Below, piece by piece: positions 10,219 to 19,356 of a stretch of DNA of 64,000 bases. The DNA is taken from the IMG/VR virus record IMGVR_UViG_3300027847_001698. One strand, given 5' to 3'. Within the stretch, counting starts at the first letter, position 1. Each line of letters begins with the position of its first letter. The notes beneath the pieces were generated by a model. It was given only the letters and a program-made list of their open reading frames with translations, was not told the DNA's origin and did no database searches. Source of the stretch: a virus (lineage: Duplodnaviria > Caudoviricetes). The translations under genes and the position numbers were made by a program.

Positions 10219-11280
10219 TTAATCCCCATAATCAGATATACCCTTTATTAATAATCCCTCCGCTACACATGCTAGAGGATCTTGAGCATGAACTATGTCC
10301 TGTATCTCAAATGGAAATTCATCATAATCACCAATGATCCCTTTAAACATATCCATGAACCCTTTAGCCATACTAGTTCCACCAGATACAACCACAGGGA
10401 CCGATTCGGGCAATTGAACGTCCTGTAGTTCATTGTCTAATTTATCTTTAATGGTGTCTAATGCATATGTTATTAAATTCTGATAGTAATAACAAATAGC
10501 TTCTCTAATTCTACGTTCTTTTTTGTTTCCTTGTTTATAATCCGAAATATCTGTATTATTTTCTTTTATTGATGTGATTCTGTTTGGAACTGTTCCAAAT
10601 TGTCTAGCTACATTGTCGTCAATCCAATCTCCACCTCTACCAACACTAAATTCCAAAACTAGATTTCCTTTAAAAGACATAGCACAATTCGTCATACCCG
10701 ACCCAAATGAAAATGAAAGCCCAGTAAAATTACTATCTGAACATTCATTATATATTATAGCCATTGCTTCATTGACAGGAACTGCTTTATATCCTAACTC
10801 GTTGAATATTCGCTTAAATACATTTGTATGGTACAAGATATCATTATTAGAATCTATTGATGCAGCAGGAATTGAATAATAACATATTCCGTTTTTGGTT
10901 CGACCAACTAAATGTTCCATAACTAATGCAAGAACATCTAATGAATCAACATCTGATGATGATATAAGACCGTCTTTCATTGGTCTCTTTACAGGATTAC
11001 CAAAAATATTAGCCATCCTATAAGCATCTTCTGATATGATGTATATCATATCTTCTGTTTCAACATAACTAAGTTGAGTTAAATCGGAAACATTTGACGA
11101 ATCCTTTTCAATTGGAAGATACATATTTCTGATACTTTTTACTGATATAGCCGAATCATTATCATCCTGTCGGGCACAAACTAAGTTCATTGTACCCACA
11201 TCGAGTCCAATAATATCTAGCTTTTCTTCTTGTTTAGATGTTAAATCTGTTATTTCGGATTCATCTTTTTTCTTTGGCAT
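10219..11280 (-). CDS. Actin-fold ATPase (MreB/MamK/ParM-like)
   Basis: Phosphate-1 IGLDVGTMN, YSIPA, connect-1 NEAMA, phosphate-2 SFGSGMTN, GGDWID, adenosine VSGGTSMAKGF, connect-2 DPLACVAEG. Confidence 0.88.
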   Translation of the reverse strand: MPKKKDESEITDLTSKQEEKLDIIGLDVGTMNLVCARQDDNDSAISVKSIRNMYLPIEKDSSNVSDLTQLSYVETEDMIYIISEDAYRMANIFGNPVKRPMKDGLISSSDVDSLDVLALVMEHLVGRTKNGICYYSIPAASIDSNNDILYHTNVFKRIFNELGYKAVPVNEAMAIIYNECSDSNFTGLSFSFGSGMTNCAMSFKGNLVLEFSVGRGGDWIDDNVARQFGTVPNRITSIKENNTDISDYKQGNKKERRIREAICYYYQNLITYALDTIKDKLDNELQDVQLPESVPVVVSGGTSMAKGFMDMFKGIIGDYDEFPFEIQDIVHAQDPLACVAEGLLIKGISDYGD

Positions 11281-11779
11281 CTTCTTTTCCTATATTCTTA
11301 AGGTTTTTTATTCTGTCTTTTATGTTTTTTAGTGGTTTCTTCTGTTTAGTATTTACTACACCCTTTACAGACATTCCACCTGTATCAATAGTTGGAATAT
11401 AATCATCAACATCATTCTTGTTAGTTCTTTGTTTAGATGTATCATCATTTCCAGATACAACAATTCCACTAGTCACCAATATCTGAAGTTGGTCATTTAT
11501 TAGAGCTAAAGACTTATCTAAAGATCCAGATTTATCATTAACTAATTTTTCCAATTCACTAAACCGTTTATTAACACTAGATCTTAATCTATTTATAGAT
11601 TTTTCAATTGTTGGTGCATCTGTATCTTCTTCATCATTACCAAGAACAGGAATATTATATTGATTGTGCATAAGGTCACACATCATGTCAAGATTTTCTA
11701 ATACCCGTCCTTCCCAATTTATCTTAAGTTTTTCAGCATCCCTTTCAAGTTGCTTGGTTCTCGCTTTTATATTACTCAC
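11261..11779 (-). CDS. Hypothetical protein with coiled coil, overlapping the actin-like gene
   Basis: ORF track; 20-nt overlap with the actin-like start. Confidence 0.7.
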   Translation of the reverse strand: MSNIKARTKQLERDAEKLKINWEGRVLENLDMMCDLMHNQYNIPVLGNDEEDTDAPTIEKSINRLRSSVNKRFSELEKLVNDKSGSLDKSLALINDQLQILVTSGIVVSGNDDTSKQRTNKNDVDDYIPTIDTGGMSVKGVVNTKQKKPLKNIKDRIKNLKNIGKEDAKEKR

Positions 11780-11800
11780 ATTCCACTCAATATGTTATGA

Positions 11801-14356
11801 TTATGAACAACCACTAAATCCACAGTTTGTACACATTATGCAACCATTTTCATACTTTAAGGATTTAGTTTCACAACTGGCACAATAATCTGCGGATGTT
11901 TGTCCATCGTTGATATATTTCTTTAACACTCTTGAAATTCCTTTCTCAAAAGTAAACATATTTATATCTGATGTTTTGTGAAGTTGCTCACATATAAAAT
12001 GAATCGGTACATAATGTCTCAACATTGTTGATACCATTCTAGTATACGTTCCCAAATCCGGTCTAAATGAAGATGCTAAATCCTTTATTACCATTCCTTC
12101 ATCCCCATCTACAGATCCTAAATACAAATCATAAGTCCTAATACCATTATCACTTCTTTTATTTTTCTTAATCCACCCTGACTTATATTTAGACGGAATA
12201 GATATTTCTCCCTTCTGACCACCAAATATCTCATACGGTTGGCCATCAATTTGTCCTACAAAAAAGATCCATTCGTTTCCTTCAATAGTTGAATAGTGAA
12301 TATCACATTGTAACATATCAGGACGTTTAGATGGAAAAACTTCTTCATTTTTATCTTCATCAATTGGTTCTTTTGATATTAGAACTCCACTTCTGCAACC
12401 ATCTCTATAAATTGTAATACCCTTTAATCCATGTTTCCATGAGTCCATATAAATATCACAAACTTCATCAACAGTAACATCACTTGGTAGATTAATAGTA
12501 GAAGATATAGAATGAGTTATATATTTTTGAACAATGCCTTGAAGTTTAACTCGTTTGCTCCAATTGATGTCCGACGCAGTACATCCCCAATATGGAGATT
12601 CTTCTAAATTAGTTTTCTTTGTTGCTGTTCTCCATGCTGCTAACTGTGGATGATCTGTATCAAATTCCATCCATGAATCACCAAGGTCATCAACAAAATC
12701 AACTTTTGCACCTGGATCATTTGGATTTACCTTTCTGCGTCTTGTATATGATAATTGGTATACTGGCTCAATGCCGGATGAAACGTTAGCCATAAGTGAA
12801 ACTGTTCCAGTAGGAGCAACTGTACTTATTGATACATTACGTCTACCATATTTCATGTTTCGGTTATATATCTCAGGAAAATCAGATTTAAGCATTTGAA
12901 TGAAGTCAGAAGTTTTCTCTATGTTGGGATCGAATCCTGCAAATGGACCCCTTTCAACAGCCATATCAATAGATGAATCCCATTCAGCTTCACACTTAAC
13001 TTTCATTATCATATCAGTAATAGTTAAAGCATCATCGCTATCAAACTTGATATTTTGTGCCGCTAAACAATCACCTAATCCAGTAAAACCTAATCCGGTT
13101 CTTCTTCCCTGTTCTGCCTGAAAACGAATCTCCATCCATGTTCGTTTTTCTATCTCTTTTATATGTACAGGACAGTCATCAGAAGCTACCTTTTCTAAAA
13201 TTCTATCAATGTATTTAATTTCCAAATCTACAACATCATCCATAAGGCGTTGTGCTTCATACGTGTACTCATAAAACAATTCAAAATCAAACTGTGCATT
13301 TTCAATAAAAGGGTTCTTTACAAAGCTATAAAGATTCATACACATCAATCTACAAGTATCGCCGCCCTGCATCGCAATTTCCGAGCAAGGATTTGTAGAA
13401 CTATTCTCATACTGAGGATAAACTGAAGATGGCGAATAATTATGCTGAGTATCCCAAAAAATTAAACCAGGTTCTGCTGTTGAATGAGCAGATTCATTTA
13501 TCTTCATCCATAATTCTTTTGCATTAACAGTCTTGTAAATATTATCTGAATTACATGGCCAACACAAATCAAATGTATCATCATTTTCAACTGCATTCAT
13601 AAAATCATCACTAAGACGTACTGATATATTTGCACCAGTCACCTTAGTCAAATCGGCTTTAACTGAAATAAACGCTTCAATGTCAGGATGCCTAACGTCC
13701 ATTGTAATCATCAATGCTCCACGCCTTCCACCTTGTGCAACTTCACGTGTAGTATTAGAGAATCGCTCCATAAAAGAAACTGATCCAGTTGACGATATCG
13801 CCGCATTACTCACATGTGTGCCTGCTGGTCTTAAATCAGAAATATCGACTCCAACCCCACATCTCCGTTTCATCAATTGTGCTAACTGTTGATCACTATA
13901 ACATATACCCGCATATGAATCATGTGGGGGATCTATAACCACACAATTAGATAGTGATCCAATCTGTTTATCATTACCCAATATGGACATAATTGATCCT
14001 TGGGGTATTATATATCTAAATCCGTGTATAAGATGATAAATTTTAGAACGAGTTAATTGTTTTCTATTTCTGCCATACTCTGATAATTTTCCAGTATCTT
14101 TTACCTTTTTAGTTGATTCTACTTCAGATTTAAAAAATTCATCAGCCAATCTGCTATGCATATCATCTGGGGTTAATTCAAAATAGTTTCCACTAGAATC
14201 TTTTACACAATATTTATTTATCCACGTTGTTGATGGTAAATCTTCTCCGTTGAAATAATTAGTAGCGGCACCTAATACATCCTCAAATTTATAGCTATCC
14301 ATTTTCTTCTTAGTTCTCCTAGATTTTTTAACTACAGTACTCTTCTTTAAGACCAT
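11801..14356 (-). CDS. nrdJ: Class II (adenosylcobalamin-dependent) ribonucleotide reductase
   Basis: SNCVV, NPCSE, RRTGLG, TVAPTGTVSLM, KGITIYRDG, C-terminal Cys cluster; AAGGA RBS before the ATG at 14356 (track start 14389). Confidence 0.93.
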   Translation of the reverse strand: MVLKKSTVVKKSRRTKKKMDSYKFEDVLGAATNYFNGEDLPSTTWINKYCVKDSSGNYFELTPDDMHSRLADEFFKSEVESTKKVKDTGKLSEYGRNRKQLTRSKIYHLIHGFRYIIPQGSIMSILGNDKQIGSLSNCVVIDPPHDSYAGICYSDQQLAQLMKRRCGVGVDISDLRPAGTHVSNAAISSTGSVSFMERFSNTTREVAQGGRRGALMITMDVRHPDIEAFISVKADLTKVTGANISVRLSDDFMNAVENDDTFDLCWPCNSDNIYKTVNAKELWMKINESAHSTAEPGLIFWDTQHNYSPSSVYPQYENSSTNPCSEIAMQGGDTCRLMCMNLYSFVKNPFIENAQFDFELFYEYTYEAQRLMDDVVDLEIKYIDRILEKVASDDCPVHIKEIEKRTWMEIRFQAEQGRRTGLGFTGLGDCLAAQNIKFDSDDALTITDMIMKVKCEAEWDSSIDMAVERGPFAGFDPNIEKTSDFIQMLKSDFPEIYNRNMKYGRRNVSISTVAPTGTVSLMANVSSGIEPVYQLSYTRRRKVNPNDPGAKVDFVDDLGDSWMEFDTDHPQLAAWRTATKKTNLEESPYWGCTASDINWSKRVKLQGIVQKYITHSISSTINLPSDVTVDEVCDIYMDSWKHGLKGITIYRDGCRSGVLISKEPIDEDKNEEVFPSKRPDMLQCDIHYSTIEGNEWIFFVGQIDGQPYEIFGGQKGEISIPSKYKSGWIKKNKRSDNGIRTYDLYLGSVDGDEGMVIKDLASSFRPDLGTYTRMVSTMLRHYVPIHFICEQLHKTSDINMFTFEKGISRVLKKYINDGQTSADYCASCETKSLKYENGCIMCTNCGFSGCS

Positions 14357-14396
14357 TAAAAAAACTTCCTTTCTTGTCGGATTCTTCAAATCCTAA

Positions 14397-15143
14397 TCAT
14401 TCTAACTTCTTATGTAAACAAAGAGCGATACCGATAGAATCCGCAATATCTGAAGATACTCCAGTTTGTGAATAGATGTCATTTCCTATCACGGATAACT
14501 CTTTGTCGATTTCCTTTTGCTCAATCTTAAATTTGATTTTATTATTTTCATAGAGCAAGGTCTCATCCTTTATTTTGTTCTCTATTTCAACTTTTTCATC
14601 TCCACTAAATGGGTTTCGTTTTCTCTTCAATGACGACTTTAGTTTATCTAGAAGCTTCTTTTCACCAACTAATTGCTTTTTAAAGTTATCAATATAAATA
14701 TTCTTTTCTGCTATTAAATAATCAAAAGTTTCAAAATCACCAGTAACACTAATGTTAAAAGTTCGACATACCTCTAATTGTGTTTTCCATTTTGGTGTGT
14801 TGGATGCAATTCCATTCAATGAATTGGATTTCCAATGGCTAGGATCATACAATACAATATTGTCTTTTACTGCTGAATATGCAGCATGTATAAATACTCC
14901 ATTTATCCTAGCCAAATACGTCAAAGTCTTAGCTCCTGAAATAGCCAAGATTACATCCTCCATAGCAACATAATCAGGTTTATATCTATTAAATAATCGA
15001 GTAGCTTCATTGTGATAGAAACTTAATTTCTGAGGAAGACTTAATTTAGACGATGGGCAAATAGATCCATAATCAACTAACAATCCATCATCTAATACCG
15101 ACCACCCTGTTGTGGTGGCCGGATCAAAGCCTAATATTATCAT
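14397..15143 (-). CDS. ruvC: RuvC-like Holliday junction resolvase with long helical insertion
   Basis: ILGFDPATTTGWSV, VAMED, DIADSIGIAL. Confidence 0.85.
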   Translation of the reverse strand: MIILGFDPATTTGWSVLDDGLLVDYGSICPSSKLSLPQKLSFYHNEATRLFNRYKPDYVAMEDVILAISGAKTLTYLARINGVFIHAAYSAVKDNIVLYDPSHWKSNSLNGIASNTPKWKTQLEVCRTFNISVTGDFETFDYLIAEKNIYIDNFKKQLVGEKKLLDKLKSSLKRKRNPFSGDEKVEIENKIKDETLLYENNKIKFKIEQKEIDKELSVIGNDIYSQTGVSSDIADSIGIALCLHKKLE

Positions 15144-15625
15144 TATGGAGTAACCTTCTCTCGTATATCCATTAATATTTTACCTAATTGATTTTGACCT
15201 CTATTTGAATAACCCCAATAATTACTAAACGGTGACATTTCCCGAAGTTCTTTATCTCCAGTTGAAATTAGACGTGACTTCAATTCAGGATTCTGATCAA
15301 ATTTAGCATAGCAGCCATCATACATCAACTGCCACTTGTTATTATCCCAATCATCTATTGACTTGCACCCTTTAGATATAGCTTTAGCTTCTGCTGGAGT
15401 AGTTGCCGCCTTTATGTATGCCCAGTCTCCAGGTTCATCACATCTTCTAGTATAATACCATTGTGCCACACTATCCCACCATTCATCATCCAAATAAAAC
15501 TTTGATGGATGAAATACTGATAGAAAATAAAACACACTGCTACTATGTGGACCATGGAAATCTATATAAGATACTCCTCTTGGGATATTTATAACTTTAT
15601 CTCTTTTCTGTTTTTTTAATGCCAT
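15143..15625 (-). CDS. NADAR-domain protein (YbiA-like)
   Basis: FLSVFHPSKF, AKAI, MYDGCYAKFDQNPELKSRLISTGDKELRE, YWG, NQLGKILMDIR. Confidence 0.9.
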   Translation of the reverse strand: MALKKQKRDKVINIPRGVSYIDFHGPHSSSVFYFLSVFHPSKFYLDDEWWDSVAQWYYTRRCDEPGDWAYIKAATTPAEAKAISKGCKSIDDWDNNKWQLMYDGCYAKFDQNPELKSRLISTGDKELREMSPFSNYWGYSNRGQNQLGKILMDIREKVTP

Positions 15626-15640
15626 TTTATAACCTCTCTA

Positions 15641-16570
15641 TTATAAAGACCAAGATTGTGTATGTAATTTCACAATCTCAGAAGTAACATTCTCATTATC
15701 AGGAATACTAACAATATTACAAGCTAAGTCAAACTCATCTACTGAATTATCAAAGAATACTGTACATTCCAATTTGTGACATAAACAATATGTAATATAT
15801 CTCGACGGAAATCCAAAGAATCGTTCACATGAATGTAATATATTTACTATATTTTGATCCGTTACATTTGAAACTGGCATCACATTCAATAATTCTTTTA
15901 TTTCAGACATCTGATGATATGTATAATGTTCACTTAGATCACCTAATATGTAAACTATCAGTGATTTATGTTTTCTTGCTAAAAATTCTAAATAACTAAA
16001 CTCAATCATTTGGTCCTCATCAGATTTCTCTAAGTGAAGAATAATAAATGGTCGGTGTGACTGAATTCTTGCAGTTGGAGGCATTAAAAAGAAATCATCT
16101 TTCTTTAAAGAATTAAATTCTTCTATAACGCCATCCTGTTTATTATTACCATGAATAGTTTCAGGTTTACCTTTTGGTGTTTCTACTATTCTAGGATCCT
16201 TTTTCTTTTCCTTTTCAGTTCTCATATCAGAAGCAGTAAAATCAGTTATGCAATCATGATCTGCTTCCTCATCAACTTTTCCACATTCTACACATAAAGA
16301 TTTCTTTCGTCTATATGATAAAATAGTTTTTATTCGCGCATCCAATTCAGGAATAACCTTTAATGGAGTAGATTCTTCGGGTTTAAGTTCGGGCTTACCC
16401 GAAATTATATCTTTGTCTTCTAACTCAACTCCTCTCATATCAGATTTAACATAATTTTCATAACATGTATGTTCTGATTCAGCTTCCGCTGTACCACACA
16501 ACACACATAAATCTTTCTTTTTTCTATATCCGGAGATAGATCTCTTTTTGGGTTCTGATACTCTTTTCAC
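15641..16570 (-). CDS. Protein with two CCHC Zn-finger-like repeats and a C-terminal domain resembling a degenerate GT-B half
   Basis: YRKKKDLCVLCG..EHTC..SDMR and YRRKKSLCVECG..DHDC..SDMR; the C-terminal assignment is tentative. Confidence 0.55.
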   Translation of the reverse strand: MKRVSEPKKRSISGYRKKKDLCVLCGTAEAESEHTCYENYVKSDMRGVELEDKDIISGKPELKPEESTPLKVIPELDARIKTILSYRRKKSLCVECGKVDEEADHDCITDFTASDMRTEKEKKKDPRIVETPKGKPETIHGNNKQDGVIEEFNSLKKDDFFLMPPTARIQSHRPFIILHLEKSDEDQMIEFSYLEFLARKHKSLIVYILGDLSEHYTYHQMSEIKELLNVMPVSNVTDQNIVNILHSCERFFGFPSRYITYCLCHKLECTVFFDNSVDEFDLACNIVSIPDNENVTSEIVKLHTQSWSL

Positions 16571-16578
16571 TTAAATTC

Positions 16579-17811
16579 CTATAGTTGTAATAATCTATTT
16601 ATTTTTTCGTGTGCCTGTTCAAAATCAATATTATTGAAACAAGGGGACATTCCATTATCATTAAATGGACATGGGGTATGACCATGTAAACAACAGTATC
16701 GCCCACCATAACTACATACATCACTTGGCTTAGGTTCTATGTAATCAACATTATCATATAAACTAACTCGTATATGACCAGGAAATGGACCATACAATGA
16801 AAATGCAGGAACCCCCAATGCAGCAGATAAATGTACAAACGATGAATCTGGTGTTATAACCATTTTAGAATGGGCTATAATACTAACAGCAATAGCTATC
16901 GTTGAACTTAACTTTGATATGTTATATACATTCTTTCTTAAATCAGGAGGGATAGTTGCTTCAATAAACTTATCCATCTGTTCTTTTAAATCTGGTCTGT
17001 CAACTATGACTATAGTTCTACCTTGTTCTAATAATGGAGTTAAAATATTCTTCCAGCATAGCAATGAAGGAGTTCTAATAGGTGACGAAGCTCGTATCTG
17101 AACTCCTATAAATTCACCTGCGGTTATACCCATCTCTTTCAGTTTAGCAGCTACAATGTCGTTATTTTCAGTTTTAGTGTACTGTATGGGTTTTAATTCA
17201 TTATCCGGTATATCAAGTCCCATCCACCTTGAAAATAGTTTATATGCATTTACTTTCTTAGCTTCATTGCATCGCTCTATGACTCCTTCAAATGTTACAT
17301 GATAATCTGCTTTCTGAAAGTAGTTATAATCAATTGGTAGGTGGACCAACTCATCTATACATTCCCAATTATCAACTAATGAAAAGTAATTAGGAGCACA
17401 CGAGAAGATTATGTGACAGCTAGGATATTTCTTTTTGAGATAGTATAGATTAGGCTGGATAAACATCAAGTCACCTATTCCTCCAGTTCTCCACACCAAT
17501 ATTGATTTGTTAGTTAAATCTTGTCCATTGTATGGACGATATATATCTTTGAATTTAACCTTGGAAGGTTCTAAACATTCATCCCCATTAGGATCTTGTT
17601 TTAATCTATCATACAAATAGATAGACATTACCTTTGATGTTCCTTTTGTGAATTTATGCTTTGCAAATCTATCTATTGAAAATTCAAATGTGACTTTAGA
17701 TGTTCCTATAACCATACCTGGGGTAGATTTTCGCAACTCTTCAATATTATCATACATAGTAGTAACATCGCTATGGACAATACCTAACTCAGTTAATAAT
17801 TTAGGATCCAA
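16579..17811 (-). CDS. Glycosyltransferase family 9 (ADP-heptose:LPS heptosyltransferase-like)
   Basis: RTGGIGDLMF..P..YLKKKYP..HI, ITPDSSFVHLSAALGVPAFSLYGP. Confidence 0.88.
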   Translation of the reverse strand: MDPKLLTELGIVHSDVTTMYDNIEELRKSTPGMVIGTSKVTFEFSIDRFAKHKFTKGTSKVMSIYLYDRLKQDPNGDECLEPSKVKFKDIYRPYNGQDLTNKSILVWRTGGIGDLMFIQPNLYYLKKKYPSCHIIFSCAPNYFSLVDNWECIDELVHLPIDYNYFQKADYHVTFEGVIERCNEAKKVNAYKLFSRWMGLDIPDNELKPIQYTKTENNDIVAAKLKEMGITAGEFIGVQIRASSPIRTPSLLCWKNILTPLLEQGRTIVIVDRPDLKEQMDKFIEATIPPDLRKNVYNISKLSSTIAIAVSIIAHSKMVITPDSSFVHLSAALGVPAFSLYGPFPGHIRVSLYDNVDYIEPKPSDVCSYGGRYCCLHGHTPCPFNDNGMSPCFNNIDFEQAHEKINRLLQL

Positions 17812-17813
17812 TT

Positions 17814-18158
17814 CTAATTTTTCCTCAGGTTCAATATTAATTCAGTTTGCTTATGTAATATAGAATCGTGTAAACAATTCAAGGTAGTTGAATCAAACAG
17901 AGTAACTGCTCTTCTACCAGCCTTCTCCAAAAAATCAAAATATTGAGTTATATGGGTTTCTACTTCCTCCATTTGAGAGATCGGATTCAATAACGATAAA
18001 GATATAGCTTTTATAATCGAATCATTTCCTTCACGGTATAACTCTTTCTTATCTTTGTTATCTAATATTTTAGATCTACTTCCTATCTTTGAAATCTTCC
18101 TAAGAAGTATTCTCTTAGTTTTTCTGTAACTTCCAACTTCAATTTTAATTTTTGCCAT
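17814..18158 (-). CDS. Hypothetical protein
   Basis: ORF track; first gene of the long minus-strand operon. Confidence 0.65.
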   Translation of the reverse strand: MAKIKIEVGSYRKTKRILLRKISKIGSRSKILDNKDKKELYREGNDSIIKAISLSLLNPISQMEEVETHITQYFDFLEKAGRRAVTLFDSTTLNCLHDSILHKQTELILNLRKN

Positions 18159-18368
18159 TTACTCATTTATTCTTTATATAAGTAACAGTATCTTATTTGT
18201 GAGTATAAAAAGATATATTATATATATTAATAATTGGAATACTTCTTATGTAGTATTCTGTGGTGGTAGCTGGTGGGATTTTTATTATCAATATTATTTA
18301 GAACATATTTAAAGAAGGTTCATCAACGATACAGCCTTCAAAAAGAAACTAAAAAAAGGAAACACAAA

Positions 18369-18596
18369 ATGGAAAGCAACGAACAAGTACCAGTACCAGT
18401 AGCGGAAGTAGAACTAGATGCATATGATTCAACTATTTCATCACTACAAGGCAAGTTCACTGCATTCGTAACTGAAGCTCAATCCGGAAAAGGAAAAAAA
18501 GCCTCTGCTCTTAGAGCAAGAAAACTAAGTCTCGAACTTAGAAAGGATCTACAAGAATTCAGATCAGCTTCAGTTACTAACGATAAAGCACACTAA
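18369..18596 (+). CDS. Histone H1-like Hc1-family nucleoid protein
   Basis: FTAFVTEA..GKGKKASALRARKLSLELRKDLQEFRSAS matches the Hc1 pattern as recalled; AAGGA RBS before ATG 18369. Confidence 0.8.
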   Translation: MESNEQVPVPVAEVELDAYDSTISSLQGKFTAFVTEAQSGKGKKASALRARKLSLELRKDLQEFRSASVTNDKAH

Positions 18597-18612
18597 GATT
18601 TTATTTTTTAGT

Positions 18613-18655
18613 AAAAAAAAAGCGACTTAGGAATAACCCCCTAAGTCGCTTCTTT
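18613..18655. terminator. Bidirectional intrinsic terminator
   Basis: A-run, AGCGACTTAGG / CCTAAGTCGCT 11-bp stem, T-rich tail, between convergent genes. Confidence 0.85.
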
Positions 18656-18666
18656 CACGTCTTGGA

Positions 18667-19203
18667 CTACTCTGGTGACTTCATCAACTTGATTCCGAAC
18701 ACTTGTTGGGCATCGGTGATGAACGAGGTCACCGCAGCATCCCGTGCACTCAAATGCAAAGCACGAAGTCTATCAATTTGATCATCGATTTGATGGAGGG
18801 CTGTTGCGTATTGTGTCGGCGTTGTCGCTGCCTCCACATCATGCTGAAGCATGTCGAATTCAGTACGACGTGACTTCGGAGGTGTGGGGGTAGATGACGG
18901 AGTAGCCACCACCATCTCCTCCACATCCAAATCAATCAGATGCGAAACATCCATATGACGTTTTCCCTTGATCCGGTTCTTTCCCTTGTTTCCTTTCTTC
19001 CACCTTTGCCTATCAATGGTGGTTATCCCGAGGATGTTGCAAATATTCGTCGACCGCATCGTGGGATATATGGTCGCGATTGCATTGTACTGCCCCAAAA
19101 GAATTCCCTTCTGATCTTCGGACCACATCCGGGAAATTCCTGAACGCTTCTTCTTCATACTGATCGGACCCAAAATAAGGTCCTGTTGGACGTTGATGGT
19201 CAT
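18667..19203 (-). CDS. GC-rich accessory protein with putative N-terminal HTH
   Basis: WSEDQK...NICNILGITTIDRQRWKK; about 47% GC in a counted 60-mer; GAGGGA RBS. Confidence 0.65.
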   Translation of the reverse strand: MTINVQQDLILGPISMKKKRSGISRMWSEDQKGILLGQYNAIATIYPTMRSTNICNILGITTIDRQRWKKGNKGKNRIKGKRHMDVSHLIDLDVEEMVVATPSSTPTPPKSRRTEFDMLQHDVEAATTPTQYATALHQIDDQIDRLRALHLSARDAAVTSFITDAQQVFGIKLMKSPE

Positions 19204-19278
19204 GATGTTCCCTCTCTGTAGAGATGTTTTTTGTGAAGGATGAAACTAAAGACCAAATAGTTTCATCCTGATTTAAAA

Positions 19279-19292
19279 GATATATATATAGT
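19279..19292 (-). promoter_or_regulatory. TATATATAG-class motif upstream of accessory gene 18667..19203
   Basis: GATATATATATAGT, variant of the motif at 25972, 29287, 53115 and 62713. Confidence 0.5.
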
Positions 19293-19356
19293 ACAGATTA
19301 CTCATAAAACAAGAATTTATTTTAGAAATAAGGAATAACAGTTAAAGGAGCTTTTA

